Positions 27,026 through 39,486 of a stretch of 64,000 nucleotides of DNA are shown here, in pieces. Both the position numbers and the translations under genes were made by a program. Within the stretch, counting starts at the first letter, position 1, and every line of letters starts with the position of its first letter. Under the pieces are notes generated by a model. That model saw only the letters and a list, made by a program, of their open reading frames with translations. It had not been told where the DNA came from and made no database searches. The DNA is from Octopus sinensis (taxonomy: Eukaryota), in contig NC_043002.1 in the NCBI RefSeq assembly GCF_006345805.1, positions 112,282,001-112,346,000 on the forward strand. Direction: 5' to 3'.

Positions 27026-27123
27026 AATAATAATAATAATAATTAGGTTCAGTACTTGATTTGCAAAAAAGAGCAAGAGAAATACAACAGAATTAACAAT
27101 GTAGTGGGGACAAATATTTTAGA

Positions 27124-27169
27124 ACGCACACACGCGCACACACGTGCGCACGTACAGGGGCACACACGT

Positions 27170-27202
<33 letters not shown>

Positions 27203-27458
27203 CACACACACGCACACGCGCACACACACACACGCGCACACACACACACGCGCACACACACACACAACACACACACGCACACACACACACACAGACACAC
27301 ACACACACGCGCACACACACACACACACACAAATACAGAGAGAGAAGTGAGGAAAGAGTGAAAGTTTCAAGGTAATCCATGCTGTGGTGGTGGTGGTGGT
27401 GGGTCACTTTTCCACTTAGTAATCTGTGTGTGTGTGTGTGTTTTGTGTGGTGTGTGTG

Positions 27459-27510
<52 letters not shown>

Positions 27511-27532
27511 TGTGTGTGTGTGTGCGTGTGTG

Positions 27533-27568
<36 letters not shown>

Positions 27569-27750
27569 TGTGTGTGTTGTTGTTTGTGTATGTGTGGGTT
27601 TGTTGTGTGTTTGTGTGTTGTGTGTGTGTGTGTGTTTGTTGTGTGTGGTGTGTTGTGTGTGGGTGTGTGTGTTTGTGTGTGTGTGTGTTTGTGTGTGTTG
27701 TGTGTGTGTTTGTGTGTGTGTGTGTTTGTGTGTGTTGTGTGTGTGTGTTG

Positions 27751-27783
<33 letters not shown>

Positions 27784-28463
27784 TTGTGGGTGTTTGTGTG
27801 TTGTGTGTGTGTGTGTGTTGGTGTGTGGTGTTGTGTGTGTGTGTGTGTGTTTGTGTGGTGGTGGTTGTGTGTGTGTGTGTGTGTTGTTGTGTGGTGTGTG
27901 TGTGTGTGTGTGTGGTTTGTGTGTGTGTGTGTTTGTGTGTTGTGTGTGTTGTGTTTGTGGTGTGTGGTGTGTGTTTGTGTGTGTGTGTGTGTGGTTTGTG
28001 TTGTGTTGTGTTTGTGTGTGTGGTTTGTGTGTGTGTGGTTTGTGTGTGTGGTGTGTGTTGGTGTGTGTGTGTTGTGTATGTGTGTGTTGTGTGTGTGTTT
28101 GTGTGTGTGTGTGTGTGGTGTTGTGTGTTGTGTGTGTTTGTGTGTGTTTGTGTGTGTGTGGTGTGTGTGTTGTGTGTGTGTGTGTGTGTGTGTGTGTTGT
28201 TGTGTGTGAGTGCGTGTGGGGTGTGTTGTGTTGTTTGTGTGTGTGTGTTGTGTGTTTGTGGTGTGTGTGTTTGTGTATGTGTGTGTTTGTGTGTGTTTGT
28301 GTGTGTGTGGTGTGTGTGTGTTTGTGTGTGTGTGTTGTGTGTGTGTGTGTGTGTGGTGTGTGTGTGTGTGTGTGTGTGTGTGGTGTGTTTGTGTTGTGTG
28401 TGTGTTGGTGTGTGTGTGTGTGTGTTTGTGTTGTGTGTGTTGTGGTTTGTGTGTGTGTGTTTG

Positions 28464-28494
<31 letters not shown>

Positions 28495-28647
28495 TGTGTG
28501 TGTGTGGGTGTGTGTTGTGTGTTGTGTGGTTTTGTTTTGTGTGTGGTGTTGGGTTGTGTGTGTGTTGTGTGTGTGTGTGTTGTGTGTGTTTGTGTATGTG
28601 GTGTTGTGTGTGTGTGTGTTGTGTGTGTGTGAGTGCGTGTGTGTGTG

Positions 28648-28678
<31 letters not shown>

Positions 28679-28679
28679 T

Positions 28680-28739
<60 letters not shown>

Positions 28740-28752
28740 TGCGTGCGTGCAC
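27124..28752. repeat. (CA)n (27124-27331) and 1.3-kb degenerate (TG)n (27425-28752)
   Basis: Direct repeats. Dense single-base indels in the (TG)n tract. Confidence 0.97.
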
Positions 28753-29026
28753 ACGCGTAGTGGTGAGCATAAATGCATTCTACTCTTTTTGTATACATCT
28801 AAGTCACTTGGTTATTGGAGATGTAAGACAATCGACGTGGCAGAAACTCTTGTCTGGAACTGTCTGAAGACAACAAACCTGTTCTTTACTTAAACATGTC
28901 AACTTTGGAGAATTCTCGATTCTTGAGAGCATCGTCTACGGAGCTGTTCTGAATTGCGATTTGGTAATTGTGACGCAACCTCTACAGGTGAAAATAGTTT
29001 TCATAAATCATAAATTTATGTTGTAT

Positions 29027-29061
<35 letters not shown>

Positions 29062-29066
<5 letters not shown>

Positions 29067-29322
29067 TTAGCAACGAATTGCCTTACCACATACCGAATTT
29101 AGAAATAGCAGTCAAAGAGTTATAGCTATTCTAGTAGAAGAAATAGCTATAACTCTTTGATGCTATTTCTAAATTCGGTATGTGTAAGGCAATTCGTTGC
29201 TAAACCCTTTATTGCTTAGTATTACTTAAATTTTCCTCGAATGAGGCTTTTACATGCCGAAGACTACTTGGTGTAATGATATATTATTCCAAATTAATTA
29301 ATTTCACCCTTCATTATTACGG
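29062..29322 (+). mobile_element. (TA)n-embedded island with a 147-bp head-to-head palindrome; probable Penelope-type terminal-repeat remnant
   Basis: Arms 29062-29130 and 29142-29208 are reverse complements with two 1-nt indels. The right arm continues to ...ttacgg|(AT)n, the same architecture as 59846-59992. Confidence 0.55.
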
Positions 29323-29350
29323 ATATATATATATATATAGATATATATAT

Positions 29351-29382
<32 letters not shown>

Positions 29383-29383
<1 letters not shown>

Positions 29384-29758
29384 GGAGTGGCTGTGTGGTA
29401 AGTAGCTTGTTTACCAACCACATGGTTCCGGGTTCAGTCCCACTGCGTGGCAGTGTCTTCTACTATAGCCTTGGGCCGACCAAAGCCTTGTGAGTGGATT
29501 TGGTAGACGGAAACTGAAAGAAGCCCGTGGTATATATGTATATATATATATATGTGTGTGTGTATGTTTGTGTGTCTGTGTTGTCCCCCAAGCATTGCTT
29601 GTGTGTTTATGCTGGTGTGTTTATGTCCGCGTCAAAAGAGACCGATAGAATAAGTACTGGGCTTACAAAAAAGAATAAGTCCCGGGGTCGAGTTGCTCGA
29701 TTAAAGGCGGTGCTCCAGCATGGCCGCAGTCAAATGACAAGTAAAAGAGTAAAAGAGT
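29383..29758 (+). mobile_element. SINE family B with small internal deletions
   Basis: Matches the other B copies. Confidence 0.92.
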
Positions 29759-30125
29759 ATATATTTAAATGTATATGCCGAAAAGCAATCTTTATATCCT
29801 ACAAAACACCGAATATGCGGTATTCTCCTAGAGATATTCTCCGGAGATCTCATATGAACGCACATTACATAAAAGCACGCATATTTATATCGTTGGCCCA
29901 CGAGAATCGTTTGGTATTGTTACCGGAACTACCAGATCACGTGATTTTGACTTAATGAGTCTTTTCTGTGACAGCTGTTCGCTCACCGCTTATCATCCAG
30001 ATCTTACTGCCAACGATATATGGTATTACAGCAACTTTAGAGGCACTGATGTCAAAAATAGTCAGCAGGCTAACAATAGAATGATTAATGATAGAAGTAG
30101 TATATTAATACTAAAAGGCAATCTT

Positions 30126-30156
<31 letters not shown>

Positions 30157-30237
30157 ATACACGCACACACACGCAAATACAAACATAAGTGCATACTCAC
30201 ACACACACACACACATAAGCACACATACATGAAAATA

Positions 30238-30470
30238 TATTTTTCTTTACTACCCACAAGGGGCTAAACATAGAGGGAACAAACAAGGACAGACAAAGGG
30301 GTTAAGTCGATTACATCGACCCCAGTGCGTAACTGGTACTTAATTTATCGACCCCGAAAGCATGAAAGGCAAAGTCGACCTCGGCGGAATTTGAACTCGG
30401 AACGTAACGACAGACGAAATACGGCTACGCATTTCGCCCGGCGTGCTAACGATTCTGCCAGCTCGCCGCC
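30238..30470 (-). mobile_element. SINE family C (tail 1), full length
   Basis: Near-consensus reverse complement. Confidence 0.92.
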
Positions 30471-30893
30471 TTGAATTTGTTTACATATAGAAAGGGGTTT
30501 ACGAATAATCCTGTATTATTACTAACCTGCGGCACCTGTCACAGGGAGTGTTTGTCCAGGATATGACTACACAGCCACAGCAGGACATGTATTAGGACAT
30601 GGAATGTAAAAGCCGGACTAGATTATTTTATGCGCAACTCCATTGTCTCCCGAGACAAAAAGGATGCCAGCAACAATAAAAAAAACAACAACAATGGTAA
30701 GAAGATATTAGATCGTTCCTGCGTTAGCGGTGACGGTTTAGAGATTTGAACTTTGATTGCTTTGAATAGCTTATATTATTGATACGTTGATAGTTAACCG
30801 CTACATCTGCTAGCATTTACGTCTGTTAAAATAGAAACCTCAATACCTATATGCGAGGTCAAGAATTTTAGGGCAATAATAATAATAATAATA

Positions 30894-30931
<38 letters not shown>

Positions 30932-30948
30932 TAATAATAATGATAATC

Positions 30949-30989
<41 letters not shown>

Positions 30990-31007
30990 CATCATCATCA
31001 TCATTAC

Positions 31008-31069
<62 letters not shown>

Positions 31070-31234
31070 TGAAAGAAGAGTTAAGGAAGTGTGGTACGGG
31101 GAAAATAATAGTTATTACACTTAGACATGGGTAGTTCAAGGCAGAGGCAAAAAGAGAAAGTGAGAGTGAAAGAAAGAAAGAAAGAAAGAAGCGTGTTAGC
31201 ACTGAGAGGCAAGAGAAACACCGCCAAGGAAACA

Positions 31235-32110
31235 CGTGGGATGTCGCATCATTAAACACAGCATTTCCAAGATCTCCACGCAGCGGATATTCGCAGCAAA
31301 TGGATTATCTGGCCAGCGGAATTTAGTTCACATACATCGTGAGTGCAAGTGTTCCATTCTGAATCAGCGCAAAGTGCGATAGTCAGCCTGTAGTAGATGA
31401 CAGATGCAATGTAGGTATTGGTCACCTCCACCCGATTCTTCAGAGATAGCTCCTTCTCGGCCTGTTTATGAGTGAGGTTAGCCACCCTGTCTTTGCCTTT
31501 TCTGAGATGAGATAAACATGGAGGCTTGTAGCAAATCAAACCAATACCCCAAGCGATTTAACCTGTGTCCTTCTAGCGTCCCACAGCAGGGTTGGACAGC
31601 ATGGCTTCAAAAGTTGTTGAGCTGCAACTCCGATGACTTCTCGTGGTTAATTTTTTTTCTCCTGTCACTAACCACGAAACAAATATCACTGTATATTGCA
31701 GCGATCACTCACCTGAAGATGGCGCAAAACTAGCCGCCTTGTGGACAGCCATCAGGTGTTATCAATCCCCCGGCAGAGGATGGTGGTGATCCCTGCTGTA
31801 CTCTTTCACCACAACTTTCTCTGGCTCTTTCTTCTTGTTTCTGTTGTACCTGTATTTCAAAGGGCCGGCCTTGTCACTCTCTGTGTCACGCTGAATATCC
31901 CCGAGAACTACGTTAAGGGTACACGTGTCTGTGGAGTGCTCAGCCACGTACACGTTAATTTCACGAGCAGGCTGTTCCGTTGATTCGGATCAACCGGAAC
32001 CCTCGTCGTCGTAACCGACGGAGTGCTTCCATCCATATCAATCCCGTCAAAAGTTTTCAGCTGATCTAAATTCAAGTTCCATGAAGTATTGCGTGAGGTG
32101 GATTTTGTGG
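31235..32110 (-). mobile_element. Fossil Tx1/L1-clade LINE, RT region
   Basis: Minus frames give NLNLDQLKTFDGID (LDQ.KAFD motif), IAAIYSDICFVV, VTGEKKINHEKS, VKSLGV, ELSLKNRVEVTNTYIASVIYYRL and LEMLCLMMRH. Interrupted by SINE A and internally deleted. Confidence 0.75.
31770..32035 (+). mobile_element. SINE family A, 5'-truncated
   Basis: TSD tatcaatccc at 31760-31769 and 32036-32045. Confidence 0.92.
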
Positions 32111-32261
32111 CGATATGGTGCATGACTACGCCTCATCTCCCAGAATATCGACAAGAGCCAGCCTGTTAGCTAACACCTTTGCTCAAAGAATCCAAAATAC
32201 TGCAAAGCATTTTTTCTCCGATGCTCTAGCAGTTCCACTGGCTTACGCCTTAATATTAATT

Positions 32262-32297
<36 letters not shown>

Positions 32298-32737
32298 TTA
32301 ATGGTGATATTTTAAATTTTGGCACTAACCCAGAAACTTTCTAATGAGTATAGTCGGTCACATTAGTCCCTGTACTTGACAAGTACTTTATTTTATTGAC
32401 CCCAATTGGATGAAAGACGTTGACTTCGGTGGAATTTGAATTCAGAAGGAAAAGAGCCGGACGAAATGTCACTATGCATATTTTCCGAAGTTTTAACTGC
32501 TCTACCAGGTCACCAGTTTAAATAAAGACATCTGATTTAGCAGAAAGCAGAGCAGTTTGGAAAAGAGGATTTTGGGGGCGATCCCTTCGTTCCCCCAGTA
32601 CTTGACTGGTACTTCATTTAATCGTTTTATCCTGCAAAGTTGAAAGGCGTCTTTGAACCCTGACCTCGGAATGTAAAGAGTTGTTATTAAATACTGCAAG
32701 GCTTTTTTGACCTATGATAACAGTATTAATAATAATA

Positions 32738-32783
<46 letters not shown>

Positions 32784-33756
32784 GTAGGGAAAAGGAGGCC
32801 GAAGATAACAATCATGGCGGTAGTGGCAGAGTCCAGTTAGTCATAATTGTGCTGGTGACGGTAACGATGCAGACGATAACGGTGATAAATAAAGAAATAA
32901 ATCAACGCTGCACCGAACTGACCTCGCGACTGGGATTTCGTGCACTGAAAATTATCCAGTGCACGACACTGCGCATTCCGTTTCCTATTCATATATGCAG
33001 CACGCACTTTTATAGAATGTGTTGGCTAATGTTTAGCGGCTTGCAAGCAAAAGACAAATAATTGCCCTCACACGTAAAAAGAAGGGAGCTCCCACACATA
33101 CACAAGTAGTCATTCAAGCGTGTGCCTTACATTAGGACACATTCACACATGCATGCAAACATAAGCCATTTAAATATACAGGCATACAATCAGAGACGTT
33201 CTGGTAGGAATGTGCACACACAGACATACGCGGAAACACACAGACACACACACAGACACACAAGCATGCGTACATATGTACGTACAGGCATACATAGCTG
33301 AGTTTGTGCGTGTGTGTGTGTGGTGTGTGTGTGTGTTATGCCTGTGTGTAATACTTATAAATGTACGCATAAACATACTATTTCATACTCGTGCTCACGC
33401 GCGCACATACGTATGTATATATGTATGTATGAATGCATGAGCATGAATATAAATATATAAATTTAGAACACAGTTACACGCCTATATATATGTATGTGCA
33501 TATTCGTATATATATATATGGTTGAGTGTGTGTATATATCTATATGTTTATGTATATATATATATATATAGATATATATTATATATGAATATATATATAT
33601 ATATATATATACGCACACATATATGTATATACTTACACATACATATATGTGTATATATTTGTGTGTATTGTATACACATGTATGTATCATGTTCCATACA
33701 GACATGAAGACATGATTTGAGGATTGCATCTCGTTCCCCACTAACAATGACACACA

Positions 33757-33960
33757 CGAGAGAGAGAGAGAAGGAGAGAGAGAGGGGGAGAGAGAGAGAA
33801 AAGAGAGGGAGAGAGAGATAAAGAGAGAGAGAGGAGAGAGGGAGAGATTAAGGAGAGAGAGAGAGAGAGAGTGGAGAGAGAGAGAGGAGGGAGAAGCGAG
33901 AGAGAGAGAGAGAGAGAGGAGAATGAGAGAGAGAGGGGTGGAGAGAGAGAGAGAGAGAAG
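33757..33960. repeat. (GA)n-rich tract
   Basis: Purine-only stretch. Confidence 0.95.
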
Positions 33961-35087
33961 ACTCGCAGCTGTGTGACGGAGCGTTAAAATATTTTGCTAT
34001 ATTTTCGGTGGCGTCATTTACCAGCGAGATGCCACACGCAGCTTCAATGTCGGAGAATTTATTACTGTGATAAAGATGACTGACTAACCCCTATTTCTTT
34101 CCATCCCCTTTCTCCTCTGTCTTCTCTCTCCGTCTCTGACTCTGTAGTGCTGTGAACAATTGAAGAATCGATCTTGGACAATTAAAGGCAGATAGTAAAG
34201 ATAAACAATAAAGGTCAATTGAGGTCAATAGATTATATTTTTTGAAAGGGGGGTGTAAAAGAGAATAAAAGCGGAATAAATCCAAAGGAAAATGAAAAAA
34301 AAATTAGGTTATTTGTTACCATCGAAACCTGCATTTAGAATAAAATTCCAGTCATTTTATTTATACACAACGTTGACGATGGGCGTGGAGGACGACATTA
34401 GCATCGTTGTCATCATCATCGTCATAACCTTCCTCCTCCTCATCTTCTTCATCGTTGTCTTCAACATACATCACCTCCTCCTTCTCATCATCCTCATCGT
34501 CATCATCATCGTCGTCGACGTAATCGTTGTCATCGATATCACAACCGTTGTCGTTCTTCAGTTTTAACATTACAAAATTCTATTCAATATTATTAATGTT
34601 TTTGCTGTTATGGTTGCTTATCGTAATAATCACTTAATAATATCATCAATAACAATTACAATAATGATTTCAAATTTTGGCACAAGGCCAGCAATTTTGG
34701 TGGGAGGAAGAGATAAATCGATTATATCGACCGCAGTTCTCAACTGGTACTTATTTGAACGACACCAAAACGGTGAAAGACAAAGTGAACCTCAGCGGAA
34801 TCTGAAATATAACAGGGTCAATGATTGAGCCAAAAGTCAACAATTCCGAGGAAAGATGCAAGTCATTAATATTGTTTCCAGGACATAACTGGTACTTTAT
34901 TTTTATCGATCTCCTGAAGGATGGAAGGTAAAGTTAGAGCCGGAACAATGACCAGAAAGCATTTTTTGTTTCGATGCTCTAACAACTTTGTCACTATATA
35001 GCCCCAGAGGAATGGAGATCCTTTGCAAGGAAACGTTACAATAACTGTGGTGGCGTCATGATAATGATAATAATAATAATAATGATG

Positions 35088-35157
<70 letters not shown>

Positions 35158-35160
35158 TAA

Positions 35161-35335
35161 TCCTGTCTACTAAAGGCACAAGGCCTGAAATTTGTAAGGA
35201 GGGGACTATTTGATTACATTGACCCCAGTGTTTCACTGGTACTTAATTTATCGACTCCGAAAGGATGAAAGCAAAGTCGACCTCGGCGGAATTTGAGCCA
35301 CTAAGAATTTTGTCCGATGTGCTAACGATTCCGTC
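35161..35335 (-). mobile_element. SINE family C with tail 2 ending in (ATT)n
   Basis: Minus tail AAATTTCAGGCCTTGTGCCTTTAGTAGACAGGA followed by (ATT)n. Further decayed C copies lie at ~11650, 16270, 32330, 32540, 34670, 35380 and 45135. Confidence 0.8.
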
Positions 35336-35377
<42 letters not shown>

Positions 35378-35793
35378 GCTTCAAATTTTGGCACAAAGCC
35401 AGCAGTTTCGGGGAAGGAGCTAAGTTTATTACATCGAACCCTGTTCTTAACTGCTACTTATTCTATCGTCCCCGAAAGGATAATCATAATGGTAAATCTG
35501 TCTACTATTGGCACAAGGGCTGAAATTATGGAGAGAGGTCTGGTGGATTACATCAACCTATGTGCGTAACTGGTACTTAACTGGTATATAATAAACGAGA
35601 AAAACCAACAACAAAGATGATGATGATGATGATGGTGATGATGACTTTTTCTGCCAACCAAGGAAGGAAATCTTACCACCACCCCCATCATCAACATCAA
35701 CAAGAACATCATTCATATTATTGTTTAATTCATTATTGTTGTCAGTTTTACTTGTCTTGTACATATTGCGTTAGTGAATTTGTGTTGCGTATC

Positions 35794-35795
<2 letters not shown>

Positions 35796-35824
<29 letters not shown>

Positions 35825-36552
35825 TGTATGTATGCATGTATGTATGCATGTATGTATGTATGTGTGTATGTATGTATGTATGCAAGTATGTATGTATGTA
35901 TATATGTATGCATGTATGTATGTATGTATGTATGTAATGTATGTATGTATGTATGTATGCATGTATGTATGTATGTGTGTATGTATGTATGTATGTATGC
36001 ATGTATGTATGTTTGTATGTATGTATGTATGTATGTATGCATGTATGTATGTATGTATGCATGTATGTATGTATGTATGTATGCATGTATGTATGTATGC
36101 ATGCATGCATGTATGTATGTATGCATGCATGCATGTATGTATGTATGTATGTATGTATGTGTGAGTCGACTAGTCTGATGTTGCTGCATTTGTAAGTGTA
36201 TGCCTTGTTATATATATTTACGTATACGCACACACACCCTTGCACCACACACATAAGCATCCATGCGTGCACACACGGTTCCGTACACATACATCAACAT
36301 ACCCTTCCTAGATGTATAGCTGATGTTTATTCTTCAAATAACTGTTTTCTGCAACCCCCTTGCTCTTCCCCCTTGCTCCACATCACCAAAATGAATGAAA
36401 ATCGCTATGATCCATTGAACATCAAAGACATTGCTCTCCATTATCATCCTTCTCCCCTTTCTCTTACTCTCATTCCACCTCCTTCACCACATCGTCACCA
36501 TCAACATCATCAACAGCATTCTCATAATCGTCATCGTTCTCGTTATTTATTA

Positions 36553-36613
<61 letters not shown>

Positions 36614-36646
36614 CATCATTATTATTATTATTATTACTACTACTAC

Positions 36647-36700
<54 letters not shown>

Positions 36701-36875
36701 TATCATTACTATTATTATTATTATTATCATTATATTATTATTATTATTATTATTATTATCATCATCATCATCATCATCATTATTATTATTATTATTTTTA
36801 TTATTATTATTATTATTTTTATTATTATCATTATTATTATTATTATTATTATTATTTTTATTATTGTTATTATTA

Positions 36876-36934
<59 letters not shown>

Positions 36935-37340
36935 GCTATGTGTTTGTTTCATATTTCAACTTCCATTTGATGCTAGCTGATAAACTGAATGTTAAAATGC
37001 AGGAGCCATAACACCAAAAAGAATAAAAGCTATAATAACAAGAGAAGCCAAACATAAATAAAACATTGAAAAGTAAATTTTGCGTGGGGATGGGATAAAG
37101 GCATGAAGACTGAAAGTTTTAGAGAGTGTGTAATACGAAGATATGTGGCATTCATGCCTTTCTCCCAAGTAGGGTAGAATGACGAAAATGAAGAGAAAAT
37201 ATGCCAACTGGTTATCAAACCAATCTTGCGGATTCCCTGATCCTCTGATGTTTAATTAAATCTATAATGTAGGGACTAAATAATAAATATATAATTTAAT
37301 ACTGATAATGATGATGAAGATAATAATAATAATAATAATG

Positions 37341-37380
<40 letters not shown>

Positions 37381-37406
37381 TAATAATAATAATAATAAAT
37401 AATAAT

Positions 37407-37444
<38 letters not shown>

Positions 37445-37455
37445 TAATAATAATG

Positions 37456-37523
<68 letters not shown>

Positions 37524-37530
37524 GATAATG
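35796..37530. repeat. Cluster of (TATG)n 35796-36163, (ATT)n 36542-36935 and (TAA)n 37296-37530
   Basis: Direct tandem repeats. Confidence 0.96.
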
Positions 37531-37639
37531 ATCTTTTCTTTATTGGTCACAAGGGCCAAAACAGGACAAAAAGGGCCAATACAAAACAAGGGACGAATGG
37601 GGCTGAGCATATAAATATGTGTCTACAATAAAAACAATA

Positions 37640-38252
37640 ATAGACTAACTTGCTAATCCGATCTCTGAAACCGTGACGAGCCGGGAAAGACGCGTTCAGC
37701 TTCCAGTATCCAGGGTCCCGCTATGGAACCTATCTTGGTCGACAGTGCTAATCACAAATTTATGGTCTGTGTAACCGAAGACGTTGATTGAGGACAACTT
37801 ATGTTACTTTTATCTATAGGCCTACAAATTACTCTATCTGGATACGATCTGGAAGACACGGTGCTGTCTGTCTATGTCCGTATTCGGGAAATCCACTCGG
37901 TACATGTCAGCCAGTTGGAAACAACGGAGTAGGGTTTTGTGAGGTTTTTAAACCCTCGCTCCTATCAGTTAGCCCTACCCTATCCAAGCGTGCATTCAAG
38001 ATGGCGACACATTTGCCCACTAGCACAAAACAGCGAAACGTCCCAAGGAAAATTTCCAAGCGTCTGCAGAAAATTGGTTGCCCCAATCTTGTCGGGCCGA
38101 ACACAGCGACCAGTCTGAAAGCATTACCTTTGTACCTGTTCACATCCAGGGCCAGTCGAACCCGACTGAGATTGAACTCTGAACGTTAAGACAGACGAAA
38201 TGCCGCTAAGCATCTTGCTCGGTGTGCTAACCATTGTGCTTTCTCGCAACCT

Positions 38253-38297
<45 letters not shown>

Positions 38298-38830
38298 CAG
38301 CAGCAGCAGCAGCAAAATTAATAACTTCTTTAATAGCTATCCGAGTCTAGGAAGATCGTCTGTACTTTGAGATTCAGGGTTTTCACCTCTCACTCTTGGC
38401 CGACTGAGATGAGTAGATGTCAAAGTGGTCGAAAATAGAATCTAGATCGGTTGTCGGAAATCCTGGTGTCGCTGCCGACCGTCATACATCTATAGATAGT
38501 GACCTGAGGTCGCTGAGCAGGTGACATTGCTGCGAGGACGACTCCACGCCACGAACATTTATGCTCTTAAACTCGTTATAGTGACCGGACCGAGTCCAGA
38601 GAAGAAGAAAAATGGGCTCTCCCTAATGTTTTTTCTTGTCTACAGCGCATACGCACCTTCATCAGTATTTCTTGCACTTAAAAGTGCTGGTGCTGAAGAT
38701 TTCACCCTCTATCTCGATTTTCCTTCGTGCTATGAGGGCCCTCAATTCTTTGTTGGCCCTTCTCAGTAACACGAAGTCTTGTGTTTGTGTGTTGCGGTTG
38801 GGGGTGTTTCCTTTTAGTGGGTTCTTGCGG
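37640..38830 (-). mobile_element. Fossil Tx1/L1-clade LINE: end of ORF1 and APE endonuclease domain of ORF2
   Basis: Minus frames give VKTLNLKVQTIFLDS, ALDVNRYKGNAFRLVAVFGPT...FCRRLEIFLGT...ILNARLDRVGL, GYTDHKFV and DPGYWKLNAS. The TDH and GYWKLN.S motifs are typical of L1/Tx1 endonucleases. Confidence 0.8.
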
Positions 38831-38833
38831 TTG

Positions 38834-39069
38834 TGGCGGAGAGCTGGCAGAAACGTTAGCACGCCGGGCAAAATGCTTAACGGTATTTCGCTTGTCGTTA
38901 CGTTGTGAGTTCAAATTCCGCCGAGGTTGACTTTGCCTTTCATCCTTTCGGGGTCGATAAATTAAGTACCAGTTACGCACTGGGATCGATGTAATCGACT
39001 TAATACCTATGTCTGTCCTTGTTTGTCCCCTCTATGTTTAGCCCCTTGTGGGTAATAAAGAAATAGGTA
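38834..39069 (+). mobile_element. SINE family C (tail 1)
   Basis: Near-consensus sequence ending GAAATAGGTA. Confidence 0.92.
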
Positions 39070-39249
39070 ATGCTGGTGGAGATGGTTGTGATAGCAGTGA
39101 ATCTGGTGACGACTGTGGTGCTGAAGAGGTTGGAGTTAATGCAGGTGTGTCTTTGACTGTTGAAAATGTGTTTTCTATGTTTTTGGTGTGTGTGTGTGTG
39201 TGTGTGACAGGATGCTTTATTGTAGTTATTTGTAGGGGTTCTTTTCTTT

Positions 39250-39425
39250 TTTATCTAAAGGATTCGGGAGAGAAAGTAGATTGATTACATCGGCCCTAGC
39301 ATTTTTATCAGCCCTGAGAGGGATGAAAGGCAAAGTCGAACCCGACTGAGATTGAACTCTGAACGTTAAGACAGACGAAATGCCGCTAAGCATCTTGCCC
39401 GGTGTGCTAACCATTGTGCTTTCTC
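39250..39425 (-). mobile_element. SINE family C, diverged; donor of the duplicated segment at 38154
   Basis: gattacatcggccctagc...ggatgaaaggcaaagtcgaac...gtgctaacc. Confidence 0.7.
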
Positions 39426-39436
39426 GCAACCTTAGC

Positions 39437-39486
<50 letters not shown>

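Noticed and set aside
27124-28752. Apparent encoded pattern in the irregular (TG)n tract
   Set aside because: The irregularities are single-base gains and losses with no periodicity, as expected from slippage or long-read error.
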